64,000 nucleotides of DNA. It comes from Protoeuglena noctilucae (taxonomy: Eukaryota). Made by a program: the position numbers and the translations under genes. The stretch's first letter is position 1; every line of letters begins with the position of its first letter. The notes under the pieces are model-generated. The model was not told the DNA's origin and did not search any database. It saw only the letters and a program-made list of their open reading frames with translations. Shown here piece by piece: positions 26,846-39,129 of the stretch. The stretch is from assembly GCA_958009085.1 (NCBI GenBank), contig OY253682.1:310001-374000 (forward strand). Direction: 5' to 3'.

Positions 26846-27022
26846 GCATGGTTTTCGAATGCTGACACGTAGGTTCTGAGAGTGCTTTGTCCTGTTGCTT
26901 GAAAACGCCCATCTGACGTCACGCGGAATTGATATCGACAGCCCCTGGCTCCCGCTCGTCATTCCGATGTGGGTGGGAGGCCCCCAGGAGCCGCGCGTGG
27001 AAGCGCGTGCCGTGAACGCACG

Positions 27023-29240
27023 ATGTTTCTCGACGCCTGGTTCCCGATCGGGGTTCTGTTCTTCTGCGCTCTTTGCCTCCTCACCTATGGCGCCGTATCT
27101 CTCGTGGAGCTGTCTTCCAGTGACATCTTCAAGTTCGTCGCGGCGATATTCATCGGCGCCGGCGCGGGGATGGCGCTTTTCAGGTGGCACACTTGGAGCG
27201 CATTACGTGGCCTCGGCTGCGGCGGCTGGCGGTACCGGCGCCGTGCAGCCCGTCGATTTCAGCATCAGGGCATCTCTATCGTGTCCGCGATGGGCTAACG
27301 CTGGGACAATACAAAGAAACCGATGGGAATGGGCTTTCAACGCTTGCCCCCCGCAGCTTGGCGCACGCCGTGCACTTATGGCTTCACCCGCCGCTGCCGC
27401 TGCCTCCCCCTCGTCGACAGGTGATGCTGAGCGCTGCGGGCTTCGGCAACCAGCCGCGGCGCCCTAACCCTTGGGGTGCCCTCGGGGCTGGCGAAACGCC
27501 TTACGAAGGTCCTCTGCATGCCCTCGTCATTCCCATCGATTTCTTTTATTGTCTACGTCGTTTGGGAATGGATTCGCGTCGCTAGGCTCCCTCGCGTCGA
27601 GTGGATGTAGGGCACCGCGGCGCGGTCGCCACGTCCGCTAATCCGGAGCCATTTCTATCGTTTGGAGACGATAGTATGATCATCTTGTCGTCTGCGTATC
27701 GTTGAGCGGCGTTGGCTCTTCCAGTGCGTGACGCCACCAGTGCCCCCTTGCCCGCAGCGCCTGCGACAATCTCTAAGCATCGAGGAGGCCATTGAGCTTG
27801 GCCTGCTTGTGCTCAATCCCACCACCGGCATCCTCGGGTGACTCAAGGCGCCGCTCGCGCACGCAGCGCTCCGTGGCCCCACCCTACCCTCACGCGTGCT
27901 TTTGCAATGCCTCCCCGCAGCCAAGGCCCCAACGGGGAGAACGTTCACGTGGAGCTCGCGAATGACGGGAGGCTGCGCTGCGTGCCCGGCGAGGACGGCA
28001 GCGCGGAGGACAAAGGCATTGGCTTCTGGAGCTGCGACCTCGGGTGAGTGCCGCCCTGGCCAGGGGCTGCATGCCGCTGCCGACAACATCACCTCAAACG
28101 CCGCAGTCGCTCACCGCAAACGTCTCCACGCGCCGCAGGTACGCGGTGGAGCTCGAGCACAGCGTGCCGTGCCTCGCGTGCCACGACGAGGGAGTGGAGA
28201 CTTGGGTCTGCCGGGAGTGCGGGCGGGGGTGCCCCAAAGGCCACATAAACCCGAGCAGCCCGGTAGAGAGCTCCGCCGCCGCCCCGGAGGACGCCATCCT
28301 CATGGGGCCGCCACCTGAGCCGCGGCCGTGGCGGGCGGCGGTGAGCGACGCGACAGCCGCAGGCCGGGAGGTGCGGCGGGTGGACCTGGCGGCGCCGCTG
28401 TCAGCGACGGAGGGAACGGAGCGGCCGAGCGAGGAAGCGGGAGCCGGCACGGCATCGACGGTCCCGTCGGATCGGCCGCGGCGCTCGGACGCCGCCTCTT
28501 CCGCCACCGCTGCCGACGCGGAGCAGCCGCTGCTGGCCAGCCCCTGCGCCACGTGCGGCTTCCTGTCCTCGGACCCGGAAGCGCGGGCCCGGGTGTTCTC
28601 GCGGTTCCTGCGCGAGCCGGCGGGCGACGGGACCGGGCGCCACGGGTCGAGCGTGCGGCTGAGCTTCCACTCGGCATGGAGCGCTCTGAGGGACTCCATC
28701 TCGCGGCGCACGTCGCTGGCCGGGGCGGGGCGGGAGCGCACGTCGCGGACGGGGCGGGGATCGACGGATGGCGCTGGGACGGTGGCCAGGGCGCTGGGGC
28801 GTGCGTCTTCCGGACCCGTGTGGGTGGACCTGGAGGGCGGGCCGCTGCGGGCCGTGATGCGCGCGAGCGGCGTGGAGGAATCCGAAGCGACGCGCGCGCC
28901 GTCGCGGAGTGTGCGGGAGAGCGGCGCGGCGTCCGTGTGCAGCGCCGTGGTGCCAGTAGAGGCGGGCGTGGGAATGGAGCGGCGCAAGAGGTGGCTCGCG
29001 CTGCGGGGCTCGCGCCGCGCCCCGCGCGTCTCCGAGTCGGGGCGGGTCGGCGGCTGGGCGCGCGGGAGGGCGGGCCGGCCATCCCTCGCCGGGCTGAGCG
29101 CGGGGCAGGTCGACCTGGAGATGGGGCTGGTCGGGGACGGCGGGCCACGGGAGAAGGCTGACACGCCGAGAGAGGGAGGGAAGCGCGCCTTGGAGGAGCG
29201 CACCGAGACCGAAGCATACCGGGGTTGTCCTGCGTTGTGA
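27023..29240 (+). CDS. Membrane protein (two N-terminal TM helices) with Cys/His motif, paralogue 1
   Basis: Inferred exons: MFLDAWFPIGVLFFCALCLLTYGAVSLV...FVAAIFIGAGAGMALF|SLAHAVHLW..|..LGLLVLNPTTG|..|YAVELEHSVPCLACHDEGVETWVCRECGRGCPKGH...SPCATCGF...VDLEMG. Ends in TGA. Confidence 0.65.
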
Positions 29241-29400
29241 CTGGCGGCGTGCCAGATGTTGTGCTAGAGATCAGCGGAACGCGAGATAGTGTGGATTTAG
29301 AGATGCCAACCCGTAGAGTTTGAATCGCATCACGCGCCCCCGGGCTTGGAATGCGGGACGCGCGCTCCGCGAAGCCGTGCTGCTGCGCTCGCGACTCGCC

Positions 29401-30738
29401 ATGCCGCGCATCGCGCCCCTTGTTGCGCTGCTGTTCGCGTCTCTTGCGCTCGTAATCGTCGGCATCGTCTCGGCTGTGACGAGCATGACCTCGGGCAGCC
29501 GGAGCGGCAGCTTCCCCACCTTCGCAGCGACGCTGGCGGTCTTCGGTGGCATCTTGATGATCTACAGGTGACCAGACACAATATTGGACGGCTGGCTTCC
29601 CTCCAGGTATTCGCATCATCCCCGTATGCGGGGCTAGCACGATCCCTGCTTCCATGCCCTCGCAGTCTCGGGCACCTGCTCTTCCTGTGGATTATGGCTT
29701 ACCGATGGACGGGGAGAGGGACTCCACGCGAGGTGAGATGCTTTTGGGGCTTCGCAACCCTGCCTCTAAGCTGCGGGGTCACGCCGAGCTGTGACCAGCC
29801 AACCTCCCCTGCCAGGAGCCCGTGGAGCGCATCGAGCGCGGGGAGCACTTCCACGTGGGATCACTCGTGATTAATCCTGTGCGGTGAGGGGCCGGATGAA
29901 TCAGTGAGGGAAGGGAAGGCGACGTTCAGAATGAGCTGCTGCCATCTCTGCTTTCGGCGCCTCTGCGACGTTCGATTTCTTCACCGTTCCAGGAAGGAGG
30001 TGGATGTGCGAGCGCGTCTTGCGGAGGACATCCTTCGCCGGCAGAGCCGGCGCCCTGGGGTCGCACGGGCCAGCGACAGCACGGGGCTGCCCAGGGAGGT
30101 CCCCGATTTCGGGAGCGGCGACATCACTTACGCCATTCCAATCGAGTCCGTCGTGCCGTGCGCATCGTGCCTCGAGGAGGGCAGAGAGGTGTCTGCTGCT
30201 TGCCGATGCGGAACGTGATGCGCAGGGATGACTGGTTTTGTTCGGCTATGCTTAATGGACGAGGCACTTCACACCCTTCGCCTCTGCGTTTCCTCAGACT
30301 TGGGTGTGTCGGTCGTGCGGGAGAGGCTGCCCCAAGGGCCACGTCCAGTTCCCGTCCGCCCGCACGTCTGGCACAGAGGACCGCCCCGATCGTGAGCTGC
30401 CCGTGTCACTGCCGGTGGACGCCACGAGCGACGACGCAGGCGCAGCTTCCCAGCACACGCGTCCCCCGCTGCTCCCCACGGCCAGCCAGGAGCCCTGCAC
30501 GACGTGCGGGTGGGGCTGCAGCACGCCAGCACACCGACACTGGCGGCAGGCCGGCAGCGCCAACCAGGGGCCGTGCGCCTCCGTGGGGTCATTGCAGTCG
30601 GTCTGCTCTCATTCCCGCCGCTCGTCCCTCGCCCCGCTGCCCTCGTGGCTGTCGCGGCAGAGGGTGCACGTGGGAGCCGGGTGCAGGGCAGCGGAGGGGG
30701 ATGTGGAGATGGGGGGCGCGCGCGGTGGCCCCCCTTGA
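29401..30738 (+). CDS. Membrane protein (two N-terminal TM helices) with Cys/His motif, paralogue 2
   Basis: MPRIAPLVALLFASLALVIVGIVSAV...FAATLAVFGGILMIY|SLGHLLFLW..|..VGSLVINPVR|..YAIPIESVVPCASCLEEGRE|TWVCRSCGRGCPKGH...EPCTTCGW...GDVEMG. Ends in TGA. Confidence 0.65.
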
Positions 30739-30967
30739 CGGAGATTGCAGCTTGCGGACAGCGCTTCGGTGGGGACTGATCAGCCCTGGCTAGCACGCGT
30801 TCTAGATTAGACTCGCCGCAGTTGTGGTCGTGGCCAAGCGCACTGCAAGCAGCCATCATATGTTTTCAATCCCACCAGAGCCCTGGCAGGTCCGCGACAT
30901 AGAATACGCAGCCGCTGCGGTGGCATGCGGGAGCTACCAGCAAGCCAGCACGCAGCAACATCTGCCC

Positions 30968-31585
30968 TCAGACGGCCTGGTTGATGAGGTTGTTGCCGCC
31001 GAAACCGAAGCCGCCGCCCGACACGGCGTTGATCTGCGGAAGCGACACAGCGCTGGCTCTAGCCATGCATAATGAAACGCCTGCTCTGCCGGAAGCTCTC
31101 TCGACGGAGCACGAAGGTACGCTTGGCGCCCAGCGATGCAGTGAAATCGAAAACCTGGCAACACGGTTGCGCACCTGGCCCACGCCGCCGTAGCCGCCGT
31201 AGCCGCCATAGGGGTATCCGTAGCCCCCGTAGTAGCCGCCGTAGAACGGGCGCCCGTACCCGTACCCGCCATGCCACCAGTTCAGGGCGCGCCCGGGGCC
31301 GTCGACCTCCGAGATAGCTCCGACGGGACCCTCGAGGGCACCTGCGAGCTCCGTGAGTGCCGATACGATGATGGAAAGGTACCTCGAGCGGGAATTTCCC
31401 TAACCACCGTGCTTCGCATCCCCCTCCACAAGACCGGCTCCTAGCCACGCAGAGACCCGCAGCCACACCGCCGTCGTCTCGGACGGTCATGTTGTGCCAG
31501 GCGCGCCCCCGATTGGCCACTCACCGAGCGCGGCGGTGGCCAGGAGGGCGGCCAGGGCCGCCAGGACCAGGAGTGCGGCGCGCAT
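30968..31585 (-). CDS. Secreted Gly/Tyr-rich pre-pro-peptide A (~97 aa)
   Basis: Exons 31585-31525, 31341-31175, 31033-30968: MRAALLVLAALAALLATAAL|GALEGPVGAISEVDGPG-RAL-NWWHGGYGYGRPFYGGYYGGYGYPYGGYGGYGGVGQ|INAVSGGGFGFGGNNLINQAV*. GT-AG introns keep the frame. Confidence 0.85.
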
Positions 31586-34439
31586 CGTCGACGGTTCTTC
31601 GAGGGCGAGGGAGGGCGCGAACGATGGGTTTCGATCGGATACTGCGGACGGAGCTCGCGTCGGTGCCGGCTAGAGGGCTGACGAGCCGGGCCCGCGGCGT
31701 CCGACCTGCAGGTCATGCGGCACACCGCCCCGCGCCTGCGTTGACGGAGACGGTGCTGCGGTCATGCAGACCTGCCATCGACTGGTGTTGGGCCTGAACG
31801 AGCTGCCGAGATGCCGAGGAGGATGCGGGAGGGGCGCGGCGGGTCATGGCACGCACTGTGCTGCAGCTGTCGCCCTTGCCCTCGCCGCGCCTCTCCGGCG
31901 CCCACCGAGGGCCCAAGACATCGCGACCAGTAGATGCGGCGGCTAAAAGCGATTGCTTGGCTTCCCCGTGGCGCAGCAGTGCAGGGATTGCTGGGCGTGG
32001 CTCGCGCATGCCGGGCTGCCAGCGAGCGTGGGCCGATGGCCCGATGGCCGGGCACGCAGCGAGTGAGGTGACATGGCCAGTTGCTGCCGACGCTCCGCTC
32101 GGAGAGGTGCTAAGAGATATGTGAGGATTGGGCCTTCAATGCCGTCACTAGGGGCAGCTAAAGGCTACGCGCTAGGACAAGTAGCTCCTTGGCAGGTCGT
32201 CGAGAGTGGACGGGTCTGGACCCGCGGCAGACCATGGGTGCAACCATGGCGCCGTGGCCCAGCCCCGTGCGCTGGCGGTGGGTCTTCGGTCTCCGGTCCC
32301 CTGCTCCGTGGCGAGCCGCCTCAGAGCGCCTGGTTGATGGCGTTGTTGCCGCCGAAGCCGAAGCCGCCCGACAGCGCGTTGATCTGCAGATCAGGGCGGG
32401 TGGCAGGTTTTGGCAGGCTGAGGCCCCTCGTCAGCCAGACTTTCCCCTTGCAGCGCAGCGCAGGGAGCGAGCCATGCGCCTTAGGCGTGCGGAACAGGGG
32501 CGCCAGTTGGGCAGAGCAGTCGGTCTGCTCACCTGGCCCAGGCCCCCGCCGTAGCCGCCGTAGCCGTAGCCACCGTAGCCGTATCCACGGCCCCCGCCAA
32601 CAGCCTGCGAGGGGACAAAGAGGGAACTGCCAGGATGACGTGGCTGCGTGGGGTGAGGCGGGGTCGGTCCCAGCTCCGCTGCGCCTCATTGCTCTCGGAC
32701 CTGGTTGATGAGGTTGTTGCCGCCGAAGCCCCCTCCCGACAGTGCGTTGATCTGCAGGGGACCAAGAGCGCCTGTGGCATTGCGTTGCATTCAAGCAGCG
32801 CGTACAGGCGCAGGTCAGGCACTCATGAGCTCCCTCGGCACCATCCACCGCGCTTAGCCATGTCACGCGACTTGCCTGCCCGAGCCCGCCGCCGTAGCCG
32901 CCGTAGCCGCCGCCGACGGCCTGGTTGATGAGGTTGTTGCCGCCAAAGCCACCGCCGGCCAGAGAGCTGCGAGCCGTGGCCGGGGGCGGCGCGTCCTGCC
33001 AGCGACTGCTCGCTGCCGTGTGCTGCCGAAGCGCGTCGCATGGCCTCATCGCTCGTGCGCAAAGCCTTGGCACTGCAAAGCGCGCTCTCGCATCTCACTT
33101 GATCTGGCCGAGCTGGGCCAGCTGGCGACCGGGCGCCTCCGGGACGACGGCGTCGGCTGCGGTAGCGACGAGGGGCGGCGAGATCGTGGGGCGGCGACAG
33201 CGCGGGGCGGGAGGTGGGGCTGTGCCATGCAGCCACAGGCGCAGGTGCTGCCCGTGGCGCAGGGCGAGATCGGCAGAGCTGCGGGGACCCGCTGCGGCGA
33301 CATGCAGACCGAGACATGCGAGCGCAAATGCGCGTCCGCCGAGCCCGGCCCCGCGGCCCGCGCGCCCGACCCGGGAAGTGCTCGGGGGTGCGGACCGTCT
33401 CCGCGCCGCGCGCGTGCGAGACGGGAACGAGCGCGCGTCGCGACCGGCGTAGCGAGCTATGCAACCGCCGATGAGACCCTCCCGCGCGCTGCTCCCCCGC
33501 TCCCCGGCGCGGTCGCCCGGCCCCCGAGGCTGGACACCCAAGCACTCCGCTCGGCCTCGGCGCGCCGGATCCGCGGCGCGCGCCGGCGGGCGATACGCGC
33601 CGGCATCGCGCGCGCATCCCCTCACCGCACGCGAGCCCGACCAGGGCTGCCGCCATCGCCGCGGCGAGGGCCGCCTTGAGCATGCGGAGGGCCATGGTGC
33701 TGGTGGTGGTCGGCTGGAGAGGGGAGGGGCAGGGGGCGAATGTGCGGTGAGAAGGAGGACTGGGGCGTATATGAGCACCTTGGGCGCCGGGCCGCGGTGG
33801 ACAGCGCACGGTCAGACGGCCGACGGCGCCCCATCACCATGTGTCATGGGTCAGTCAGCCAGGAAGCGAGAGTTTCTAAGATAGCTTGGCCTTGCTGGGT
33901 ATACGGCATGTGATCCAACAAGCAGAGGTTGTCGTTTCAAGTTTTTACATCCAGCAGCGCCCACGCCAAGACGTTCTGGCAAGAGCCGTGCCAGCCTGGG
34001 AGGCCTGATTCCCTCCCAGTGCTTGCTTGCCTGGCGCTGATCGTCAATAAGTGACCGAGCCATCTCTGCTAGGCTTCTGTTGACATAGACGTTGTCTGTC
34101 GCCCGCTGGCCCACCCAGAGCGCTCGGTTCCAGCAGGGAGCTTGTCGGCATCCCGCGCCTTCTGCGGCGGACAAGGGGGAGCAGGATGTGGGACAGGACC
34201 ACGCAGGGGCTCAAGGCGGATGGCTGTCAGATAGATTACGGGAAAGCCGGTGCGTGCACGCCCACTTCTCATGCGTCGCCGCCCCACGTGCCGCACTCGG
34301 GCATGCTATCGCACGATGGTCGACATTGGATGCTGTTGATGCGGCTGAGCGCGCTGCGCCGCGGTGGCAGCGCGCACATTCCGAGACGGCCGGCTCGCGA
34401 CGGTAACTCCGATTCCACGCAGACTACTGGGACCAGCGG
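31456..34439. repeat. Large inverted repeat, left arm (2984 bp)
   Basis: Reverse complement of 37011-39994. Mirrored ORFs in the track have identical translations and coordinates summing to 71450. Both ends were checked base by base. Confidence 0.95.
32321..33695 (-). CDS. Secreted GQIN/NNLINQ-repeat Gly/Tyr-rich pre-pro-peptide B (~134 aa), left-arm copy
   Basis: Mirror image of the six-exon gene at 37755-39129. Confidence 0.85.
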
Positions 34440-35705
34440 TACACGGAGCGACCAGACGCATACGACTGGGTGAGGAGCGCCCTGATGAGCCGCTGAAGGC
34501 ATCCGCAGCGGTCGGGCCGTCGTACACAATGCGTGTCGAGACTGCAGCAGCTATTATGCGATGGTTCTCGCCCGCAGTGTGACTCGTGGGACAGAATGAA
34601 GCCGATTTTAGAGATGTTGCTTCCCAAGGACGCCTCGATCCTCCAGGCGAGCTCGCTGCAGCTGAAACAATGCGGGCAGTGCTGCGTGATGTGACTTCTT
34701 GACGTGCAAAGGCAACATTTGCGCTCCGTGCTCTGCAGGTCGGCGTGGGCAACAGCACCATGCAGATTGACATGGCACGCGATGGCTACCGCCACATTGA
34801 GAACACGGACATCTCGTCAGGTGCGGCGGCTGCCCTGGGAGGGAGCCTGGCTCATGTGGCGTTTGCGATTCGCCACATCAGCTCTGCAGCGTCTTTCCCG
34901 CCGTCTAGACTGCAGTGGTGGTCGACAACATGAACGCGAGCAACGAGTTCCCTGAAGTGCTGACGAATCGCGTTTCCGACTGCACCAACATGCCCGAGGT
35001 GAGCTGCCGGCATCTGACCCTGGCGACGCACTGCTGATGGCTCTGCGCTTTTTCCTGCATTGTGCTCTTCAAAGCCCTCGCCATTGCCACTCCGAGGGTG
35101 CGTCGTCCTGCTGCAGTATGCGGACGGTTCGTACGACATTGTGCTCGACAAGGGGACCATCGATGCGCTTCTGTGGTCCATGGACCCTGCGGGCAACGTG
35201 TACCGACTCCTGTCAGAGGCCAGCAGGGTGGTGAAGGAGGGGGGCACGTTCATGTACATTGGGTACGGGGTCCCAGACGCGCGCCTGCACCACCTCGCGC
35301 ACCCGGACCACCACTTTGACGTGCAGTTCTGGACCATCAATAAGCTGCCGGAGTTTATGCTCATCCAGGCCAAGGCGAGCCGCCGCGTGCATGAGGCTGG
35401 CTGTGCAGCGGCCATCGCCAGCTGCCGGCGCGATGGCAGAGCTCCGATGACCACCGCAGAAGCAAGGGACGCGGCTGCCGCCCGCCATCATCGAGGGGCC
35501 TTTCGATGCGCGGGACCGCGAGGCGGTTTTAAAGCACTCGGCGACCTATGGGATGCCCAAGGGCTACGAGCGCATGCCACGGCACCACTACATCTACGTG
35601 TGCCGGCGCAAGCCGGGGCCGAAGCCGGAGCAGCTGGGGCAGGTTCACGCGGTTGACCTGGGCTGGAATACGGAAGCAGCGGGTGCACCTCCGGGCGAGG
35701 GGTGA
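34186..35705 (+). CDS. Class I SAM-dependent methyltransferase, EEF1AKMT4/METTL13-like
   Basis: Spliced: IDYGKA|DYWDQRYTERPDAYDW|...ASILQ|VGVGNSTMQIDMARDGYRHIENTDISS|...DCTNMPE|YADGSYDIVLDKGTIDALL...EASRVVKEGGTFMYIGYGVP...|...HYIYVCRRK...GEG*. TGTAA at 35750 could be the chlorophyte poly(A) signal. Confidence 0.85.
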
Positions 35706-36095
35706 AGTAAGCATGGTTGCCCTGCGCTGCGACAGCCCAGCATAGCACGTGTAACCTGAAGAAGAACCCTAACCTGAGCATTTTGCAGCCATGATGCTTC
35801 CCCGGCATGCACTGATGGGGCACGGCCACGCCGTGTGTACAGGATGCCCCATCCCCGCCCGCTTAGCTAACTACGGCATCTCTGCACAAATAAGCTAGCG
35901 CGTCTCGACCCCCGACATCCATGCCCGACATCTGTGCCCGTGCGTCTGCCCGGCGATGTGTGGGCGTGCCGTGGGAGGTGTGCAGGCCCTGCAGTCGTCC
36001 TCTTCGGGCCTGCGGCAGACAGACGCAGATTGCATCGGCAAACCCATCGCATCATCGCAGAGCGTGCCTCTCCCGCGCCCGATCCTCCGCCCACG

Positions 36096-36591
36096 ATGCT
36101 CGCCATGCTGGTGCTCCTGGCCCTGGCCGCCCTCGCGGCTTCTGGCGCGCGCGGTGAGTGGGGAAGGAGTGCGCGAGAACCACGGCTGTCGCGACAGTAG
36201 CGGCGTCCGCGTGCGGGCAAGCATCGGGACCTTGAGCCTTGCTACGAGGGTGCACCCTCGTTGCCGGAGCTGGGGCCCGCGCAAGAGCAGAGCACCGCAC
36301 GCTTTACCGCGGACGATCCCACAACATCTCTTCAAGTCACATATGCATTCTCTACCCGAAGCATTGCAGCAATCCTGCCGGCCGAAGTCCCTCCCCGCAG
36401 GGCAACCGCAAGGCCCCGCCTTTGCCGCGTCCCGCAAGCTCAACTTGCTGGCCACAACGCCCTTCACGTACGGGACGGCCTCGCCCTACAACCAGCCCCT
36501 CTACGTCAGCTACCCCTTTGACTACGGCACCTACGCCCTGACGACCCCGACGACTGTGCTCAACCGCTCCACGCCCGATTACTACATCTGA
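36096..36591 (+). CDS. Secreted Tyr/Thr/Pro-rich pre-pro-peptide C
   Basis: Exons 36096-36153 and 36401-36591: MLAMLVLLALAALAASGAR|GQPQGPAFAAS-RKL-NLLATTPFTYGTASPYNQPLYVSYPFDYGTYALTTPTTVLNRSTPDYYI*. Confidence 0.8.
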
Positions 36592-37010
36592 GCTGCCACA
36601 AGACGCGCAGGTAGGTGGCACTCTGGCTTGGAGATCGCGCTTGTTCAAGATGGTCCGGCACGCGGCTCCCCTGACGTGCTTCGTGCTGTGGCTTGCGTCG
36701 CAGCAACCTCCCTACAGCCTGGACTGGATGGTGGCAATCCGGGCATATCAAGACCGCCCGCAGGCTGCATGGCCAGCGACATCGCACAGAGGAGAGCGAC
36801 GGCGCGCGGGGTTAGAATCAAGCCTAGCAGGGACGCTGGAGCAGCCCAGCATACCCGTGCGCACATCCGTGCGCTAGCCCTCGCCGCGCGTTGAATGCCG
36901 AAGTCTCCCGATCGATTGCCAGACCTTCGCTGTGCCAAGGAATACAGAGGCGGCTGCTTAACTGACTGACCCACGACACATGGTGACCAGGCGTCATTGG
37001 CCGTCCTGGG

Positions 37011-37264
37011 CCGCTGGTCCCAGTAGTCTGCGTGGAATCGGAGTTACCGTCGCGAGCCGGCCGTCTCGGAATGTGCGCGCTGCCACCGCGGCGCAGCGCG
37101 CTCAGCCGCATCAACAGCATCCAATGTCGACCATCGTGCGATAGCATGCCCGAGTGCGGCACGTGGGGCGGCGACGCATGAGAAGTGGGCGTGCACGCAC
37201 CGGCTTTCCCGTAATCTATCTGACAGCCATCCGCCTTGAGCCCCTGCGTGGTCCTGTCCCACAT
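37011..37264 (-). pseudogene. Truncated 5' fragment of the methyltransferase gene
   Basis: Copy of exon 1, intron 1 and the start of exon 2 (..DYWDQR), cut at the inner repeat boundary. Confidence 0.75.
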
Positions 37265-37754
37265 CCTGCTCCCCCTTGTCCGCCGCAGAAGGCGCGGGAT
37301 GCCGACAAGCTCCCTGCTGGAACCGAGCGCTCTGGGTGGGCCAGCGGGCGACAGACAACGTCTATGTCAACAGAAGCCTAGCAGAGATGGCTCGGTCACT
37401 TATTGACGATCAGCGCCAGGCAAGCAAGCACTGGGAGGGAATCAGGCCTCCCAGGCTGGCACGGCTCTTGCCAGAACGTCTTGGCGTGGGCGCTGCTGGA
37501 TGTAAAAACTTGAAACGACAACCTCTGCTTGTTGGATCACATGCCGTATACCCAGCAAGGCCAAGCTATCTTAGAAACTCTCGCTTCCTGGCTGACTGAC
37601 CCATGACACATGGTGATGGGGCGCCGTCGGCCGTCTGACCGTGCGCTGTCCACCGCGGCCCGGCGCCCAAGGTGCTCATATACGCCCCAGTCCTCCTTCT
37701 CACCGCACATTCGCCCCCTGCCCCTCCCCTCTCCAGCCGACCACCACCAGCACC

Positions 37755-39129
37755 ATGGCCCTCCGCATGCTCAAGGCGGCCCTCGCCGCGGCGATGGCGG
37801 CAGCCCTGGTCGGGCTCGCGTGCGGTGAGGGGATGCGCGCGCGATGCCGGCGCGTATCGCCCGCCGGCGCGCGCCGCGGATCCGGCGCGCCGAGGCCGAG
37901 CGGAGTGCTTGGGTGTCCAGCCTCGGGGGCCGGGCGACCGCGCCGGGGAGCGGGGGAGCAGCGCGCGGGAGGGTCTCATCGGCGGTTGCATAGCTCGCTA
38001 CGCCGGTCGCGACGCGCGCTCGTTCCCGTCTCGCACGCGCGCGGCGCGGAGACGGTCCGCACCCCCGAGCACTTCCCGGGTCGGGCGCGCGGGCCGCGGG
38101 GCCGGGCTCGGCGGACGCGCATTTGCGCTCGCATGTCTCGGTCTGCATGTCGCCGCAGCGGGTCCCCGCAGCTCTGCCGATCTCGCCCTGCGCCACGGGC
38201 AGCACCTGCGCCTGTGGCTGCATGGCACAGCCCCACCTCCCGCCCCGCGCTGTCGCCGCCCCACGATCTCGCCGCCCCTCGTCGCTACCGCAGCCGACGC
38301 CGTCGTCCCGGAGGCGCCCGGTCGCCAGCTGGCCCAGCTCGGCCAGATCAAGTGAGATGCGAGAGCGCGCTTTGCAGTGCCAAGGCTTTGCGCACGAGCG
38401 ATGAGGCCATGCGACGCGCTTCGGCAGCACACGGCAGCGAGCAGTCGCTGGCAGGACGCGCCGCCCCCGGCCACGGCTCGCAGCTCTCTGGCCGGCGGTG
38501 GCTTTGGCGGCAACAACCTCATCAACCAGGCCGTCGGCGGCGGCTACGGCGGCTACGGCGGCGGGCTCGGGCAGGCAAGTCGCGTGACATGGCTAAGCGC
38601 GGTGGATGGTGCCGAGGGAGCTCATGAGTGCCTGACCTGCGCCTGTACGCGCTGCTTGAATGCAACGCAATGCCACAGGCGCTCTTGGTCCCCTGCAGAT
38701 CAACGCACTGTCGGGAGGGGGCTTCGGCGGCAACAACCTCATCAACCAGGTCCGAGAGCAATGAGGCGCAGCGGAGCTGGGACCGACCCCGCCTCACCCC
38801 ACGCAGCCACGTCATCCTGGCAGTTCCCTCTTTGTCCCCTCGCAGGCTGTTGGCGGGGGCCGTGGATACGGCTACGGTGGCTACGGCTACGGCGGCTACG
38901 GCGGGGGCCTGGGCCAGGTGAGCAGACCGACTGCTCTGCCCAACTGGCGCCCCTGTTCCGCACGCCTAAGGCGCATGGCTCGCTCCCTGCGCTGCGCTGC
39001 AAGGGGAAAGTCTGGCTGACGAGGGGCCTCAGCCTGCCAAAACCTGCCACCCGCCCTGATCTGCAGATCAACGCGCTGTCGGGCGGCTTCGGCTTCGGCG
39101 GCAACAACGCCATCAACCAGGCGCTCTGA
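37755..39129 (+). CDS. Secreted GQIN/NNLINQ-repeat Gly/Tyr-rich pre-pro-peptide B' (~134 aa), right-arm copy
   Basis: Exons 37755-37824, 38294-38351, 38484-38574 (GC donor), 38699-38749, 38846-38917, 39067-39129: MALRMLKAALAAAMAAALVGLAC|ADAVVPEAPG-RQL-AQLGQI|NSLAGGGFGGNNLINQAVGGGYGGYGGGLGQ|INALSGGGFGGNNLINQ|AVGGGRGYGYGGYGYGGYGGGLGQ|INALSGGFGFGGNNAINQAL*. Confidence 0.85.

Noticed and set aside
34186..36591. Methyltransferase as a tailoring enzyme of a RiPP-like peptide cluster
   Set aside because: It looks like a conserved cytosolic EEF1AKMT4/METTL13-type enzyme with no signal peptide, whereas the peptides enter the secretory pathway. Adjacency alone is insufficient.
37641..38627. 328-aa ORF (and mirror 32823-33809) as a single-exon gene
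   Set aside because: It is exon 1 of gene B' read through into intron sequence; the spliced model explains the conserved parts.
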